Assembly: GCF_036321535.1 (NCBI RefSeq)
Contig: NC_087437.1
Span: forward strand, 12,154,001 to 12,218,000
Source of the DNA: Camelus dromedarius
Taxonomy: Eukaryota
Direction: 5' to 3'
Length of the DNA: 64,000 bases
Part shown: positions 1 to 12,830 of the stretch, piece by piece
Layout of the letters: each line of letters begins with the position of its first letter
Position numbering within the stretch: position 1 is the first letter of the stretch
Notes under the pieces: generated by a model
Databases searched by the model: none
What the model saw: only the letters and a program-made list of their open reading frames with translations
Told to the model about the DNA's origin: nothing
Made by a program: the position numbers and the translations under genes

Positions 1-1458
1 AATGAACATGAACTATAGAGGACAGTTCTAAATACAGTTGAATTATGAACATGACTTAGTATTTCATTATACATTGGAAAATGGCTCATCAGAGTTAATA
101 TTGATTAGACCTAGATGCTCAATAGCTTGGATAAAAACATGTGTCTTTTTATTAGAAATCTATCATACCCAAGGCATAGGCCAACACGCTGGCTTTGTAA
201 ATCATGGATTCTGCCCAATCATTTAGACTCTAGACCACAAATAGGCTGTCATAAGTCCACCATTCCTGGGGTCGAGTGGGAAATTAGGGGAAGATGAAGA
301 AGGTCAGGAAAGGCATGGAGGGAAGACTCCTGTGCCGAGAGGTTTCTGAGCACCTCCTAGGAAGTATCCTGGGATACAGTGAAGTGCTCACAAGCTTCTA
401 TGAGTTTTTTTTGCACATTTCCTGTTAAAGGAGAGAAAAGAATCAATATAAGCAGTCAGCTAATCTGTTCTCTGAGTGAATAGAGACTGACCAACTGCAG
501 GTCAACTAGAAACCAATTCTAGACTCTGGTATGTTGAAAGCATTTTCCAAAACAGGGTAGACTAGGCTTCCATTGGGATATGGGAAAATGTCATAATTTC
601 TGTAATTATTTAGGTTGTCTCACAATATTAATTAAGCATTGCTAATGGTTAATCTATGGGTCAACCATAGCAGATGCATACAACTGATTCATAAATACAC
701 ATATATCAGGAATGCTTGCTAATTTCCCTTTTTCACTGGGAGATGTGCTCTCAGCCACTGCTGTTCTGGCTCAGGAACACTTATTTCCTGAAATCCAGCA
801 GGGAGGATCTGCCTCATTAACTGATCCCCTGCCCAGCATCCTAACAAGTTTTCTCCAGAATTATTTGCGGTACAGCATCCGACCACCCTGGTGACAGAGA
901 GCTCCAGTGTCTTGTATGGTGAATGATAGGATTATTCTAAGTTCTCCCTCTTTTAAAGACTTCTGGAGGAATTTCAGCCTTGAGCGTTACAGATTACTTA
1001 CTGAAAAGAGCCCTGGAGTTATTGCTATCCATTGGGTAATTAGGTAGTTCCAAGGAAAATAATAAAACTATTTTGTGCCTGGGAGATTAGAATGGCACAC
1101 GGTGACTCATATTAGTCAGCTGAGTAATTATGTAATTACAGAAGAAGGGGAAGAAAACCCTTCAGATTGTTTTTCCTAAGAGGCCCTTTTGGAAGCGTTC
1201 CAGCCCATCAGGTACTTATGTAATTAGGTCGGGGGCACCATCCATAAGGAGAGGCTGGCGGGGAGGGGGTTCATTAAAAAAAAAAGTTTATGTAAAAGAA
1301 CCTGGTGGAAGAAGAAAAAGGAGTGTTTAAAAGATTCACCCAGACTCCACACCTACTAGGTAGGAAGCCATAGCAAACATTAAGGGAAATGGTGTTTCAT
1401 TGTAACTTGAGGCCGTGTGCACATACGTGCGTAGAATATGATGAAGGGCTTGGCATTT

Positions 1459-2658
1459 CTTTTTTTTTTTTAGACTTTTTTAAATTATTGAAGTATAGTC
1501 AGTTTACAATGGTGTGTCAATTTCTGGTGTACAGAATCATGTTTCAGTCATCTGTATACATTCATATATTCTTTTTCAGATTCTTTTTCATTATAGGTTA
1601 CTACAAGATATTGAATATCATTCCTTGTGCTCTACAGTGTAAACTAGTTGTTTATCTATTTTATATCCAGTAGTTAATATCTGCAAATCCTAAGCTCCCA
1701 GTTTATCCCTTACCACCCCCTTTCCCCTCCTGGTAATGATAAGTTTGTTTTCTATGTCTATGAGTCTGTTTCTGCTTTGTAAATAAGTTTACTTGTGTCC
1801 TTTTTTTTTTAGATTCCACATATAAGTGATATCATATGGTATTTTTCTTTCTCTTTCTGGCTTATTTCACTTAGAATGACAATCTCCAGGTCCATCCATT
1901 TGCAGCAAATAGCATTATTGTACTCTTTTTTATGGCTGAGAAGTATTCCATTACATATATATACCACAACTTCTTTATCCAGTCATCTGTCAATGGACTT
2001 TTAGCTTGCATCTTGGCTGTTATAAATAGTGCTGCAATGAACATCAGGGGGCAGGTATATTTTCAAATTAGAGTTCCCTCCAGACATATGCCAAGGAGCA
2101 GGATTGAAGGATCATATGGTAAGTCAATTTTCAGTCTTTTGAGGAATCTCTGTACTGTTTTCCATAATGCCTACATCAAACTACATTCCTACCAGCAGTG
2201 TAGGAGGGTTCCCTTTTCTACACACCCTCTCCAACATTTATCATTTGTGGACTTTTGAATGGTGGCCATTCTGATTGGTGTGAGGTGATACCTCATTGTA
2301 GTTTTGATTTGCATTTCTCTGATATTTAGCAATATTGAGCATTTTTTCATGTGCATATTCACCATCTGTACGTCTTCATTGCAGAATTGCTTGTTTAGAT
2401 CTTCTGCCAATTTTTGGATTCGGTTGTTTGTTTTTTTCTTATTAAGTTGTATGAGCTGTTATATATTCTGTAGATTAAGCCCTTGTCAGTTGCATCAGTT
2501 TGCAAATATTTTTTCCCATTCAGTAGGTTGTCATTTTGTTTTGCTTATAATTTCCTTTGCTCTGCAAAAGCTTATAAGTTTAGTTAGGGCCCATTTGTTA
2601 ATTTTTGCTTTTATTTCTATTGCCTGGGTACACTTTTCTAGGAGAACATTGCTAAGAT
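1459..2658 (-). mobile_element. LINE-1, 5'-truncated (ORF2 C-terminus, 3'UTR, polyA)
   Basis: PolyT at ~1456-1471. ORF 2189..2410(-) reads [19 protein letters not shown]...[16 protein letters not shown], the L1 ORF2p cysteine-rich end. Flanking direct repeat gaatatgatgaagggct at 1434-1450 and 2659-2675. Confidence 0.95.
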
Positions 2659-5600
2659 GAATATGATGAAGGGCTGGGGCACTTTTTGAGTGATCACCAC
2701 TATTTATTAAGCCTACGCTGTGGGCTCTCTTCCACTCAGTACAGTGGCTTTCGTTGTGTTTTCCCTCTTTCTGCAGAGAAATAAACTGAGAGGCTCAAAG
2801 AATTTGAACTTAGGCCTTTTGGGTTCCACCACTGGCTCCTCCCGCTGCACCATGCTGCCTACCAGCATTTCAGGACTGAATTATGCAGGTCGTTCTACTC
2901 ACATAGATTAGCAGGATTATTGCTCATTTTGTCTCTTCACTTTGTATAAATATTGCCTACACAGTGAAAAACATTGGAGTGAAAAATAGTTAACTTGGTG
3001 TTTGGGGCCATCTAAATGACCTGTCTGTATTGCCTGCATGGTTGATCTGAATGGCTCGACCTTGCAGGATGTTTTGTACAAAACTCCATCCCCCTTACAT
3101 ATGATATCCCAGTTAAATGCATCTGACTTTCCCATGTTAATATGCGTCAGAATGTTGATAATCTGAAGGAAGGTATTATGATGTCAAAGGGCTTATTTCA
3201 TCATACAAGTTTTGCTTATACATAATGACTAAGGTTAAGAACTGTTTATAATTGTATCTACATTTCTGAGACATTCTGCATCTGTTGGTTATCTTGATGG
3301 TAGCAGAAAACACGAGTAGACTCTTTGGCCAGAGATACTTACTCTTTTATTTCTTTACTTTTTATCTGACTGTGGTGCTTCATCCAGTGATGATTTTATG
3401 GTTCCAGAGGATGAAAAAGATTTGTCTGCAGAGAAAGAAATTAAGGTTGCTTCTCTCTTCAGGTCAGCAATGATGTAATTGTCCCTGGTACAGAAATAAA
3501 AGCAGGCCTAGTTTTCAGCTGATTTGGAGTTTTGTGCAGGTTGAAGTAGCTCAAAATAAGCACTGGGACTCTTTGGGGAAGGGGCGGGGGAGGAGCCTGT
3601 GGAAAACTGACATCCCAGGAACTGGGAGAAAGAACCAGGATTGGAAGAGCAGACTGAGGCTCATCAGAAACATGCGTCTCTGCCAATTCTTGACAAATTT
3701 GTTCTCTTCCACTTCAGACTTTAGCATTCATGTGATTTGACTGAGAGTTGTCAAAAGTCCACCAAATCTTGATGTAGAGTTTGAAGGATTTCAGCATTGA
3801 CATTGGAATATGTACAATCCAGACTAGCAGTTTCTCCTTGCAGATTTCCACCATGCTTGTCATGAAAAGGCTGGGGGATTTTCTGGGGCTGGCTGTGAGG
3901 TTCATAAAGGCAAGAGGGCATCCTTCAAACATTTAGCCCTGTGACGTCAGTCTGTGCAACATGCCTCTTATGTAGTGTTGAGAATTAAAGTGTATGATTT
4001 TTGCTCAGTATCTTCATGTTGGTTGGACTTTTCAGGTGTTTGGTAGGAGCTGCCTAATCTCCTGAATCTGTTCATTTGATAAATATTTTTGGCACTGTGA
4101 ATAAATAAGTAAGATACAGTTCCCTTTCTCAGAGACCTCAGATAGTTGGTTGTGAGTGACGTCGTGAGTAACAGAATCAAGAAAATGGGAAGAGGACACC
4201 ATTAACTATCTGGGGAGGGAATGCTTTGTGGAAGAAGGAACAATTTACTCTAGATTTTTGAAGGGAATTAAGAGTTTTCTAGGCAAGCAAAGAAGGGCAT
4301 TTCAGACAGATGGAAAAACACACGCTAAGCTTATGTGAGTGTCAAGTTTCTAGACTCATGGAGTTTCATAGGACAACAGTCAGATGGTATGTTGGAATGG
4401 CTGTGGAAGAATCAAACCTGGGAAGCACCCCCACCGCTCCAGACTGTGGCTGGGGAGGGGGTCTAGCAGGCGGCATGTTCACCATCACACAGATAGCCTT
4501 CTTGTAGCACATGAGGCACATTTCATTACGTTATGACCAAAGTCACCAAGAAGTGGTCAATGTTTTTCAAAAGGATCAATCCTGAAGATGAGACCATTGA
4601 GTTAATACTTTTCAAATGAAGCGTTTCTTCTCAAAGGGCTCACGATTTCAGAAATATTAAAATAATGTCCTGTTACACTTGAGTGAAGAGGTTTCTTTTT
4701 AGAGGAACACTATTACATGTATTCAGTTCTGGAAGTCAAGCATTCGACATGACTTATAACAAAACAGCAATGCCGTGCACCACCTTTTTCCAGCAGTGAT
4801 TCCTGCTCCCTTGAGGCAATGGTTTTCAACTTGTCAACAATTTTCTTTTGTTCTATTCTAGTATTTCCAATTTACCTGTTTATATTCTTTTTTTAAATTA
4901 TTCAATTGTAGAAATCATTTCCTGGCTTCCAATTATAGAAAATACAGATTTAACTCTTTCATATTACATTCATGTACTCAGTTCCCCACCTCTGTTTTCC
5001 CATAGAGCTATATCACAATTTTAATCCAATCAATATTCAATATTATGTATATGATTGTAAAAATACTGCTCTTAGACAAAAAGATTACATTCCCTTCTGT
5101 CATATAAATTGGTTCTTGTTGACCATCTACACCTCTTTGACGCAAGCTACAATTTAGTGTTTTAATTCTCTCTGGTCTTCTAAGTTTTCTGTATGCTTTC
5201 TAGCTATGAAAATTTTGTTGACATCTTTCATCTGCTGTCATCTGCTCTCCCAGTCTCTTAACCTTGTGGATTTATGTCTTTTGGGAGGAGGTGGAGATAA
5301 ATGTGTACCTTTGATATGCCATGTTTAACAAAGGTAGAATAGGACCTTCTGTGTGGGACTGCGGGGGAAGAAGAGGTAGAATTTTAAGTGAAAATATTTA
5401 ATCATTGCAGAGGAAAAGCAGGTGTTGAGAGAGAGCAGAGTTTAAACAACTTGTCAGGGATATTAAGAAACACAGATAAAGTATGGAGGAGGAACAGAAA
5501 GGCATAATTGTCGTTGTGAACCTTCTGTTTGTAAACGTAGGAGAGAGGGAGTTTCTGCAGCAATAAAACAGGTCTTGGCCTGAGGGTTGCAAAGGACAAA

Positions 5601-7339
5601 AAAAGAAGGAAACTTGAAAATACTTTCAAAGAACAGTCTAAAGATGCTTTGGGCCTAAAAACCAAAGGAGAGTCCAGCCTCTTTGAATCTTAAGTGCATA
5701 GAAATATGAGAAGCATGAGGAGAGGATAAGCATATTTGCAAAAATCAAGTCATACATCTTTAAATTAGTACAGGAAGATTTATTGTTAATAGAGCTTTGT
5801 TCGGTCACCTACCTATTTAAAAATAAGACTATATCTTCAATTCAGTTGATATTGTTGAGAATACTGCTATTAATTCTTTAGGCACTGTGTGTTATCAGAC
5901 AACAGATACTTCAAAGAAGTTCTAGTTAAGAAAAGATGATAAGACAAAAGTACAAATAAAACAATGCAAAGTGAACTAACCAAAGTAGAGGAGAACTGGA
6001 TGTGATAAGAATTCATGCAGATGAGAAACTACTTTTGTGCTTGAAGGAGGCAGCAGCATCTTAAAAGAGCCCGGAACCATAGGATATTCCAAACCAAAAA
6101 GAAAAAATTGAGAAATGGGTTCACTGAAGAGACAGAATGCACAATGACAGAAAGCTATGGGGGAACTGGATGCACTTGGAGGACAATCAAGAGTGAACCT
6201 GAGCAAGAACCATCAGGTCAGTATTTTGCAAGAGATAGTTAAGAGGCTTATGAGATTAATTCACGCCAAATTGCAAAGGGTTTTTATTAAGGTTTTTGAG
6301 GCATTTTCTATATTCCTTCACCTGTGCGTTCTGACCAGTTTGACATAAAGAAATAGGAAACAGATACAGATTTACTCACCAGCAGAATTGCCAATAAAGC
6401 TAGCACGGGTCATGTAGTTTGGAACAGAAGCTTAGCCCAACTTTCTAAATTTGCATGCATTTGTCTACAGAACATGTCGACATCCACCGCCTCTAGACCC
6501 AAAGGTGGAGTCTGGAAGAGAGGGGACTAGAGACTTCTCATAACAGACCACTTCTAAAGAAATCAGCCAAAGCTCAACTACATCCTGTGTACATAGCAGT
6601 CTCTACCTGTGTCTTACCAGACTTGGCAAAAATAAATGTTCTCTCTCATGCTGCTCTTTCTTGAAGGAGGGCCTGGAAGTGAAATCCCTTCTATGGAAAT
6701 GTGATGTGAATTAGCGTCTCCACCAGTCACCAACCACCAACAGCACTGACTGCCAGGTAGAATTCGTGCAGACATCAGGAGAGCTCGGAGAGCCACCTCA
6801 GACCTTGGAGAAAGATATCAGGGCAGAGCTACTCTTTAGGAAGAAAAATCAGGCAGCAACAGGTGAAATATTTTAGAACAGGATGGACATAAAAGTCGGG
6901 CAAGAAGGTGGGATACTCTGATAGCAGGAGTAGAAATAAGAGGAAAGAAAAGTCTGAAGTGGGTGTGGAAAGATGGGATGCGTATAAGGAAAGAGGTGAG
7001 AAACACACTCCAGGACAACTGGGAGAAGGTGGGCCAAAAGGACTCAAAGTCCAGTGATTCAAATCTGGAAAACTAGTTTAACGATAATTCCATTCACAGG
7101 ACTGGAGAAGTTATTAGAAGCAGAAACTTGGGGAGGGAATGAGTTGTTTGAGGAGAGGATCTGCAGTTAAAGACAGGAGCATCAGTGAGCCACTAAGCCC
7201 CCAATTCAACTCACCTGACCGCTCCTCCCAAACACAAAACTTCATCCACAAAAGAAGCCGTATGTGGATTCACCCTGTGACTGATGCTCCCTGTCTCATC
7301 GACTGGCCCTTTCAGTAGCTCTGGTACTCTTACTGTGCT

Positions 7340-7505
7340 TTTATAATGGAGACTGTCAGTTACTTGAGGTAAGCCACTTCATCTCCTCCTGCCTGCATCC
7401 TCCCGGATAAAATGGGAATAGTACTAGCACCCATCCCAAACGATTTCTGTATTCCTCGCAGTCTCATCAAATTTGGCATACAGTAAGTGCTCAGCCAGTG
7501 CTCAC
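7340..7505 (+). mobile_element. MIR SINE fragment
   Basis: MIR core-like 'taaaatgggaatagtactagcacc' and 3' 'tggcatacagtaagtgctca'. Confidence 0.65.
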
Positions 7506-8812
7506 AGTGATGAATCTTAGGTTGAGAGAGAGTCATCAGCACCGCTTGTCTCCTGATGGTTGGGCCCGTGGAGCGACTTGCTGGACATCACAAAACTAAC
7601 AAGTAGAAGGTTATTAAGATTTAAGTGTAAGTCTTGTGATTTCAAATTCAGTGCCCCCCCCCTTTTTTTTTTGCAAAAGTTAGGTTAGCCTACAAATCCT
7701 GCCTATTGAGTTTCCCCAAATCAGTACGATAACATCACCTCATCGGTGACAAGAGCAAAACAGAAACACAGTAAGAGCTGTAACACTTTCATTGGACTCA
7801 CCACATGCCATACGCTGTTCTAAGCACTTTACAAATATTAACTCCTCGAGTTCCCACAGCCTGAACCCAACTTTTATTAGCTTGCTTATTGTCTACAGTT
7901 TGGGGCATTCCTACTTAACTGGGCTGTGAGTTCAGAGCAGAACAGCAAAAGTAATTACTATCGGGAAGTATCCTTAATAAGGAAAGGCAAAAAGAATGGG
8001 AGTCGGCTCAGGGGAGATACTCGTTTTTAAGCAAATGAAGGCATATGTAACCTAGTGAAGAGCAGTGCCCCTGGGTTTATGACAGCGTCTGATGGCGATA
8101 AACCCATTGGGTAAATATTATGGGAGCCCCCCACTCCATCCCCCTACACACAGTTAAGAACTTAAAGACAAGGTCACATAACACACTTTTGAGCCTGGCT
8201 CCTGGGCATTCCATTGGTTATAGGGAAGACACCAGACACCTATCAAACTCTTTCTAGTCCTTTAATTGCATAATAATTTATGAAATTAAACTCAACCCCT
8301 TCACAGTATCCGGGAGAGCATCTTAAGAAAACCTGCTACACTCTCCCCCTTGGCCTTGTTACAAACATTGTTCCTTACCTGGCTTCCTCCTTCACAAAAC
8401 TGTAAGATTTCTGGGGGATAAAGATGGGACTTTATTTATATTTAGCTCTTCCTTAATCCAAACAAACACAGCTTCCTTTGCTTAGCGGATTCGCACAAAT
8501 GCTGTCCAAAGTGAACTGAATTGAATCCTTGGCAGCTGTCCCTACTACCCAGACTCGGAGTGTGGTGCCAACATTCCACTTGGGAGCCCAGGGAAGAGAA
8601 GTCAGATGTCCTTTCCTCTAGGAACCTGTGATCTCTAGAGGGAAACAATTACAACAGTCTTGAAAATGACTGCAAACAGATGAAAAGAAATCCTGTGCCA
8701 ATAAACATAGCCCACGTGCTCCATAAATGTTGATGAAATACTAGTAGGTGAATGGATTTGGAAGGCCCCCTGCTTTGGATTTTAGGTAAGAGTATTTAAA
8801 ATTCCTGTAGAG

Positions 8813-9903
8813 AATGGGAGAAAATATTTGCAAGTGATGCAACTGACAAAGCTTAATTTCCAGAATATATAAGCAGCTCATACAACTTAATAAGAAAAAA
8901 ATAAAAAACCCAGTCCAAAAGTGGGCAGAAGACCTAAACAAGCAATTCTTCAGTGAAGACATACAAATGACCAGTAGGCACATAAAAAATGCTCAGTATC
9001 ACTAATTACCAGAGAAATGCAAATCAAAACTACAATGAGGTATCACCTCACACTGGTCAGAATAGCCATCACCCAACAGCCTACAAATAATAAATGTAGG
9101 CTTATTTATTTCTCCACAAAGGAGAAAAGGGAACCCTCCTACACTGCTGGTGGGAATGTAGTTTGGTGCAGCCATTATGGAAAACAGTGTGGAGAATCCT
9201 TAAAAAATAAAAATAGACTTACCATATGATCCAGCAAGCCCAATTCTGGGTGTATATCTGGAGGGAACTCTAATTTGGAAAGATACATGCACCCTAATGT
9301 TTATAGCACTATATACAATAGCCAAGATATGGAAGCAACCTAAATGTCCATTGACAGGATAAAGAAGTTGTGGTATACTTATACAATGTAATACTTCTCA
9401 GCCATTAAAAAAATAAAATAAAATAAAATAATGCCATTTGCAGCAACATGGATGGACTTAGAGACCATTATTCTAAGTGAAGTAAGCCAGCAAGGGAAAG
9501 AAAAATGCTATATGATGTCACTCATATGTGGAATCTAAAAAAAAAAGAAAAAGAAAGGACACTATGAACTCATCTACAAAACAAAAACAGACTTGCAGAC
9601 ATAGTAAACAATCTTATGGTTACCAGGGAAAGGGGGTGGGAAGGGATAAATTTGAGAGTCTGAGATTTACAAATGTTAGCCACTATATATAAAATAGATT
9701 TTTAAAAATTTCTTCTGTATAGCACAGGGAACTATATTCAATATCTTGTAATAACCTTTAATGAAAATGAATATGAAAATGACTATATGTATGAATATGC
9801 ATGACTGGGACATTGTGTTGTACACCAGAAATTGACACGTTGTAGTTGACTGTACTTCAATTAAAAAAAAAAACATAAAAAAACAAAAGAAACAAACAAA
9901 CAA
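8813..9903 (+). mobile_element. LINE-1, 5'-truncated, with TSD
   Basis: ORF 9017..9229 begins [17 protein letters not shown] (ORF2p C-terminus), followed by a 3'UTR and A-rich tail to ~9903. TSD aaaattcctgtagag (8798-8812) / aaaactcctgtagag (9904-9918) at a TTT/AAAA endonuclease site. Confidence 0.96.
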
Positions 9904-10050
9904 AAAACTCCTGTAGAGTTACCTAAATCAAAAAGTGCACTGGGACAAAGGCAGAGTCTGTGGGTAAGTCTACCGTCTCTCTCCCGCACTTACCTTGAAG
10001 TATGACCTCTTAACACCATTGTCATGAGGCATCCTGCTGGAGTCATCTTT

Positions 10051-10314
10051 TTTTTTTTTTTTAACTTTTTTTTTTTATTGAGTTATAGTCATTTAACAAT
10101 GTTGTGTCAAATTCCAGTGTAGAGCACAATTTTTCAGTTATACATGAACATACATACATTCATTGTCACATTCTCTTTTGCTGTGAGCCACCACAAGATC
10201 CTGTATATATTTCCCTGTGCTACACAGTGCAATCTTGTTTATCTATTCTACATTTTGAAATCCCAGTCTGTCCCTTCCCACCCCCCGCCCCCTTGGCAAC
10301 CACAAGTTTGTAGC
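10051..10314 (-). mobile_element. Short young LINE-1 3' end with TSD
   Basis: PolyT followed by 3'UTR sequence closely matching the copies at 37465+ and 39345+. TSD ctggagtcatctttt at 10037-10051 and 10315-10329. Confidence 0.93.
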
Positions 10315-10675
10315 CTGGAGTCATCTTTTGAAATGTAAACTTTGGACAGGAAAGTTGATGAAACCACAGAGCATCAAGATCCTGTTCATTCCACAGAAAT
10401 GGTTGAACTCCTACTCTGGACCTGGACACCACGGTCCCTCACCTTGAGGGGTTCTCAGCCAAGTGGGGGCTGGATGGGGGTCCACAGAGACAGAACCAGT
10501 ACAACCTAATCAGGGTTAGGATCTATGGATAACAAAGGCTCTGAGGTGAGTGGAGAAACTGTGGTGGTGGAGAAACTGAAGTAGTTTCATATGGCTAAAA
10601 TATAGACAAGCCTCTCTTAACCCACTGCTCATTAGTTCATTCATCCATTGGTTTATTTATTCCTTCAGACTTTTT

Positions 10676-11215
10676 AAAATTGAAGTATAGTTGATTTACA
10701 GTGTGTTAATTTCTGATGTACAGCTTAGTGATTTAGTTATACATACATATATATAATTTTTCATGTTCTTTTTCATTATAGGTTATTACAAGCTATTGAA
10801 TATAGTTCCCTGTGCTATACAGTAGGACTTTGTTGTTTATCTATTTTATATGTAGTACTTTGTATCTGCAAATCCCAAACACCTAATTTATCCCTCCCCT
10901 CCTTTCCCCTTTGATAACCATAAGTTTGTTTTCTATGTCTATGAGTCTGTTTCTGTTTCATAAATAAGTTCATTTTTGTCATTTTTTTAGATTCCACATG
11001 TAAGTGATATATGATATTTGTCTTTCTCTGTCTGATTTACTTCACTTAGTATAATAATCTCTAGGTCCATCAATGTGGCTGCAAGTGGCATTATTTCATT
11101 CTTTTTCATGGCTGAGTAGTATCCCATTTTGTGTATATGTATATATACAAATATATGTACACCACATCTTCTTCATTCATTCATCTGTTGATGGACATTT
11201 AGTTTGCTCCCATCA
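10676..11215 (-). mobile_element. LINE-1 3' fragment with TSD
   Basis: Starts 'aaaattgaagtatagttgatttaca', homologous to the 3' end of the 1459-2658 copy. TSD ttcagacttttt at 10664-10675 and 11216-11227. Confidence 0.92.
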
Positions 11216-12474
11216 TTCAGACTTTTTGGACAAGCAATATAGCTAAGCATTACGTGAAATTTGCAGAGGAATGGCTTGTGCTTTGCAACCTTGAGAAGCC
11301 GGTTGTCTAGTAGAGAGGTGTGTGAAAACCTCTAAGCCACATGAGGAGGTGAAGGAGGATGGGAGAGGTGGAGCCACATGCTCCCTTCTCCCCGGGCATA
11401 TCTGCAGGGCTCTATGGAGATGGCGGTCTTTGACTTGACCCCACGGCTCATTTCTTGGTGTATTTGAATATGTAGGCAGAGGCACACGATGAGACAGGCA
11501 AGGATCTGGAGATCCCAAGAATGTAAATTACTTTCTCCTACACTTGCTCTTGGCAGGATAGAGGGGGCAGGGGTGACAACGGTATGAGAAACTGATAAGC
11601 AGGGGACTGTGGATGCTGAAGAGGCCATAAAGCAAAGGACTGGAGCATGGAGAGCAAACTGTGTCTCCTTAGCTCTTTTGCCAAAAGCCAGCTTGGCTTG
11701 GGAATCTAAAAAGAAAACTGGGATTATTTATGTGCTACCTCCAGCAATACATCGGAGGCCAAGAGGAGTGAGAGTTATTGAGCTGGTTCAAAGCAATCTC
11801 GATTATTGAAAATGAATGAAATTGAATTCCGCTTCCTGCAGAGTCATTTATTGAGAGACAAAAGCAATTAATATTGAAAATAAAATAATTGTGAACTTCT
11901 GAACTAAATTACCATGCAGATATAATGTACTGTCTCATGTCTTTAAATACTTAATGTATTAGAAAATTGTAACACCAGCCTCTGAACCCGGATCCTCTAT
12001 ATCATTAGCACTTACTCATTCTGCTTTTGCCAAAAAGCAATTCTGAAGAGTAACAAATTAAAAATCAAAGTTCCAGAAATAGGAGTCCAAATTTAAAATT
12101 CACAACCATATCGAGGTTTGAGATTTCAGTTGGTAAATTAATCCTGTTATATGGTAAATCTGAAAAAACTGGTAAGGTGCCCCATAGTCCCTTGTTAGCA
12201 AGAGAAATTTTTGCATATTATTGCAAATTTGGCATCACCATGGAGTACCTGCTGCCAAGTACCAGGCATGCACTTGATGAATGATTCTGCTGTCAGCCGC
12301 AAGCATCCTTGTGGTAACTGATTTATGTACTGAGGGCCCTTGAGAATTGAAAGTGCATTGTATGCACAGAGTTAGTGCATATATTGTAACTCATGTAAGT
12401 TCCAACTTGAGTCTCTTTGTTTGATGGTAACACTACAGGGTCTCTAGAAGAGTCATTTCCCATTTGGGAAATGA

Positions 12475-12830
12475 ACCATCTTAAGTAGATTTCCCAGAAG
12501 CAGAGCTTATGATGACGATTGGGGGAAAGTAAGAGGAAGAGTTGGGGAGGGTTGGGACTGGCAGGAGAAGGAGGCTAATAAAGAGGTTGTATCAAGAAAA
12601 GTGCATTGGAGAGTCATTTAGGTCCTGTCCTGCTGGGGAGTTCTGCTCAGTCCTACCCTAGAGTCATCACAACCAGGGACAACGAGCTACCATATTTATT
12701 CCTCTTGTATCTGATGATCAGCCCACAAAGAGTCACAGGTGCTGCCTGTTGGGAGTGAACAGATGGGGAGCCGGTGTGTGCAAATATAGGGGAGGGATCT
12801 GGGAGAATGTGGGTGGTGATACATCAAATA
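12475..12830 (-). mobile_element. Old ERVL-type LTR (LTR16/LTR33-like)
   Basis: 'agtagatttcccagaagcagagc' then a purine-rich stretch and 'ccatatttattcctctt', resembling a reverse-oriented LTR16/33 consensus (recalled, not aligned). Confidence 0.5.

Noticed and set aside
3942..4164. CRE palindrome TGACGTCA (3942) and nearby TGACGTCG (4157)
   Set aside because: Isolated 8-mers with no promoter context; expected occasionally in 64 kb.
7862..8370. Possible old LTR on the - strand
   Set aside because: Only a polyA-signal-like motif and general appearance; no termini, TSD or family could be established.
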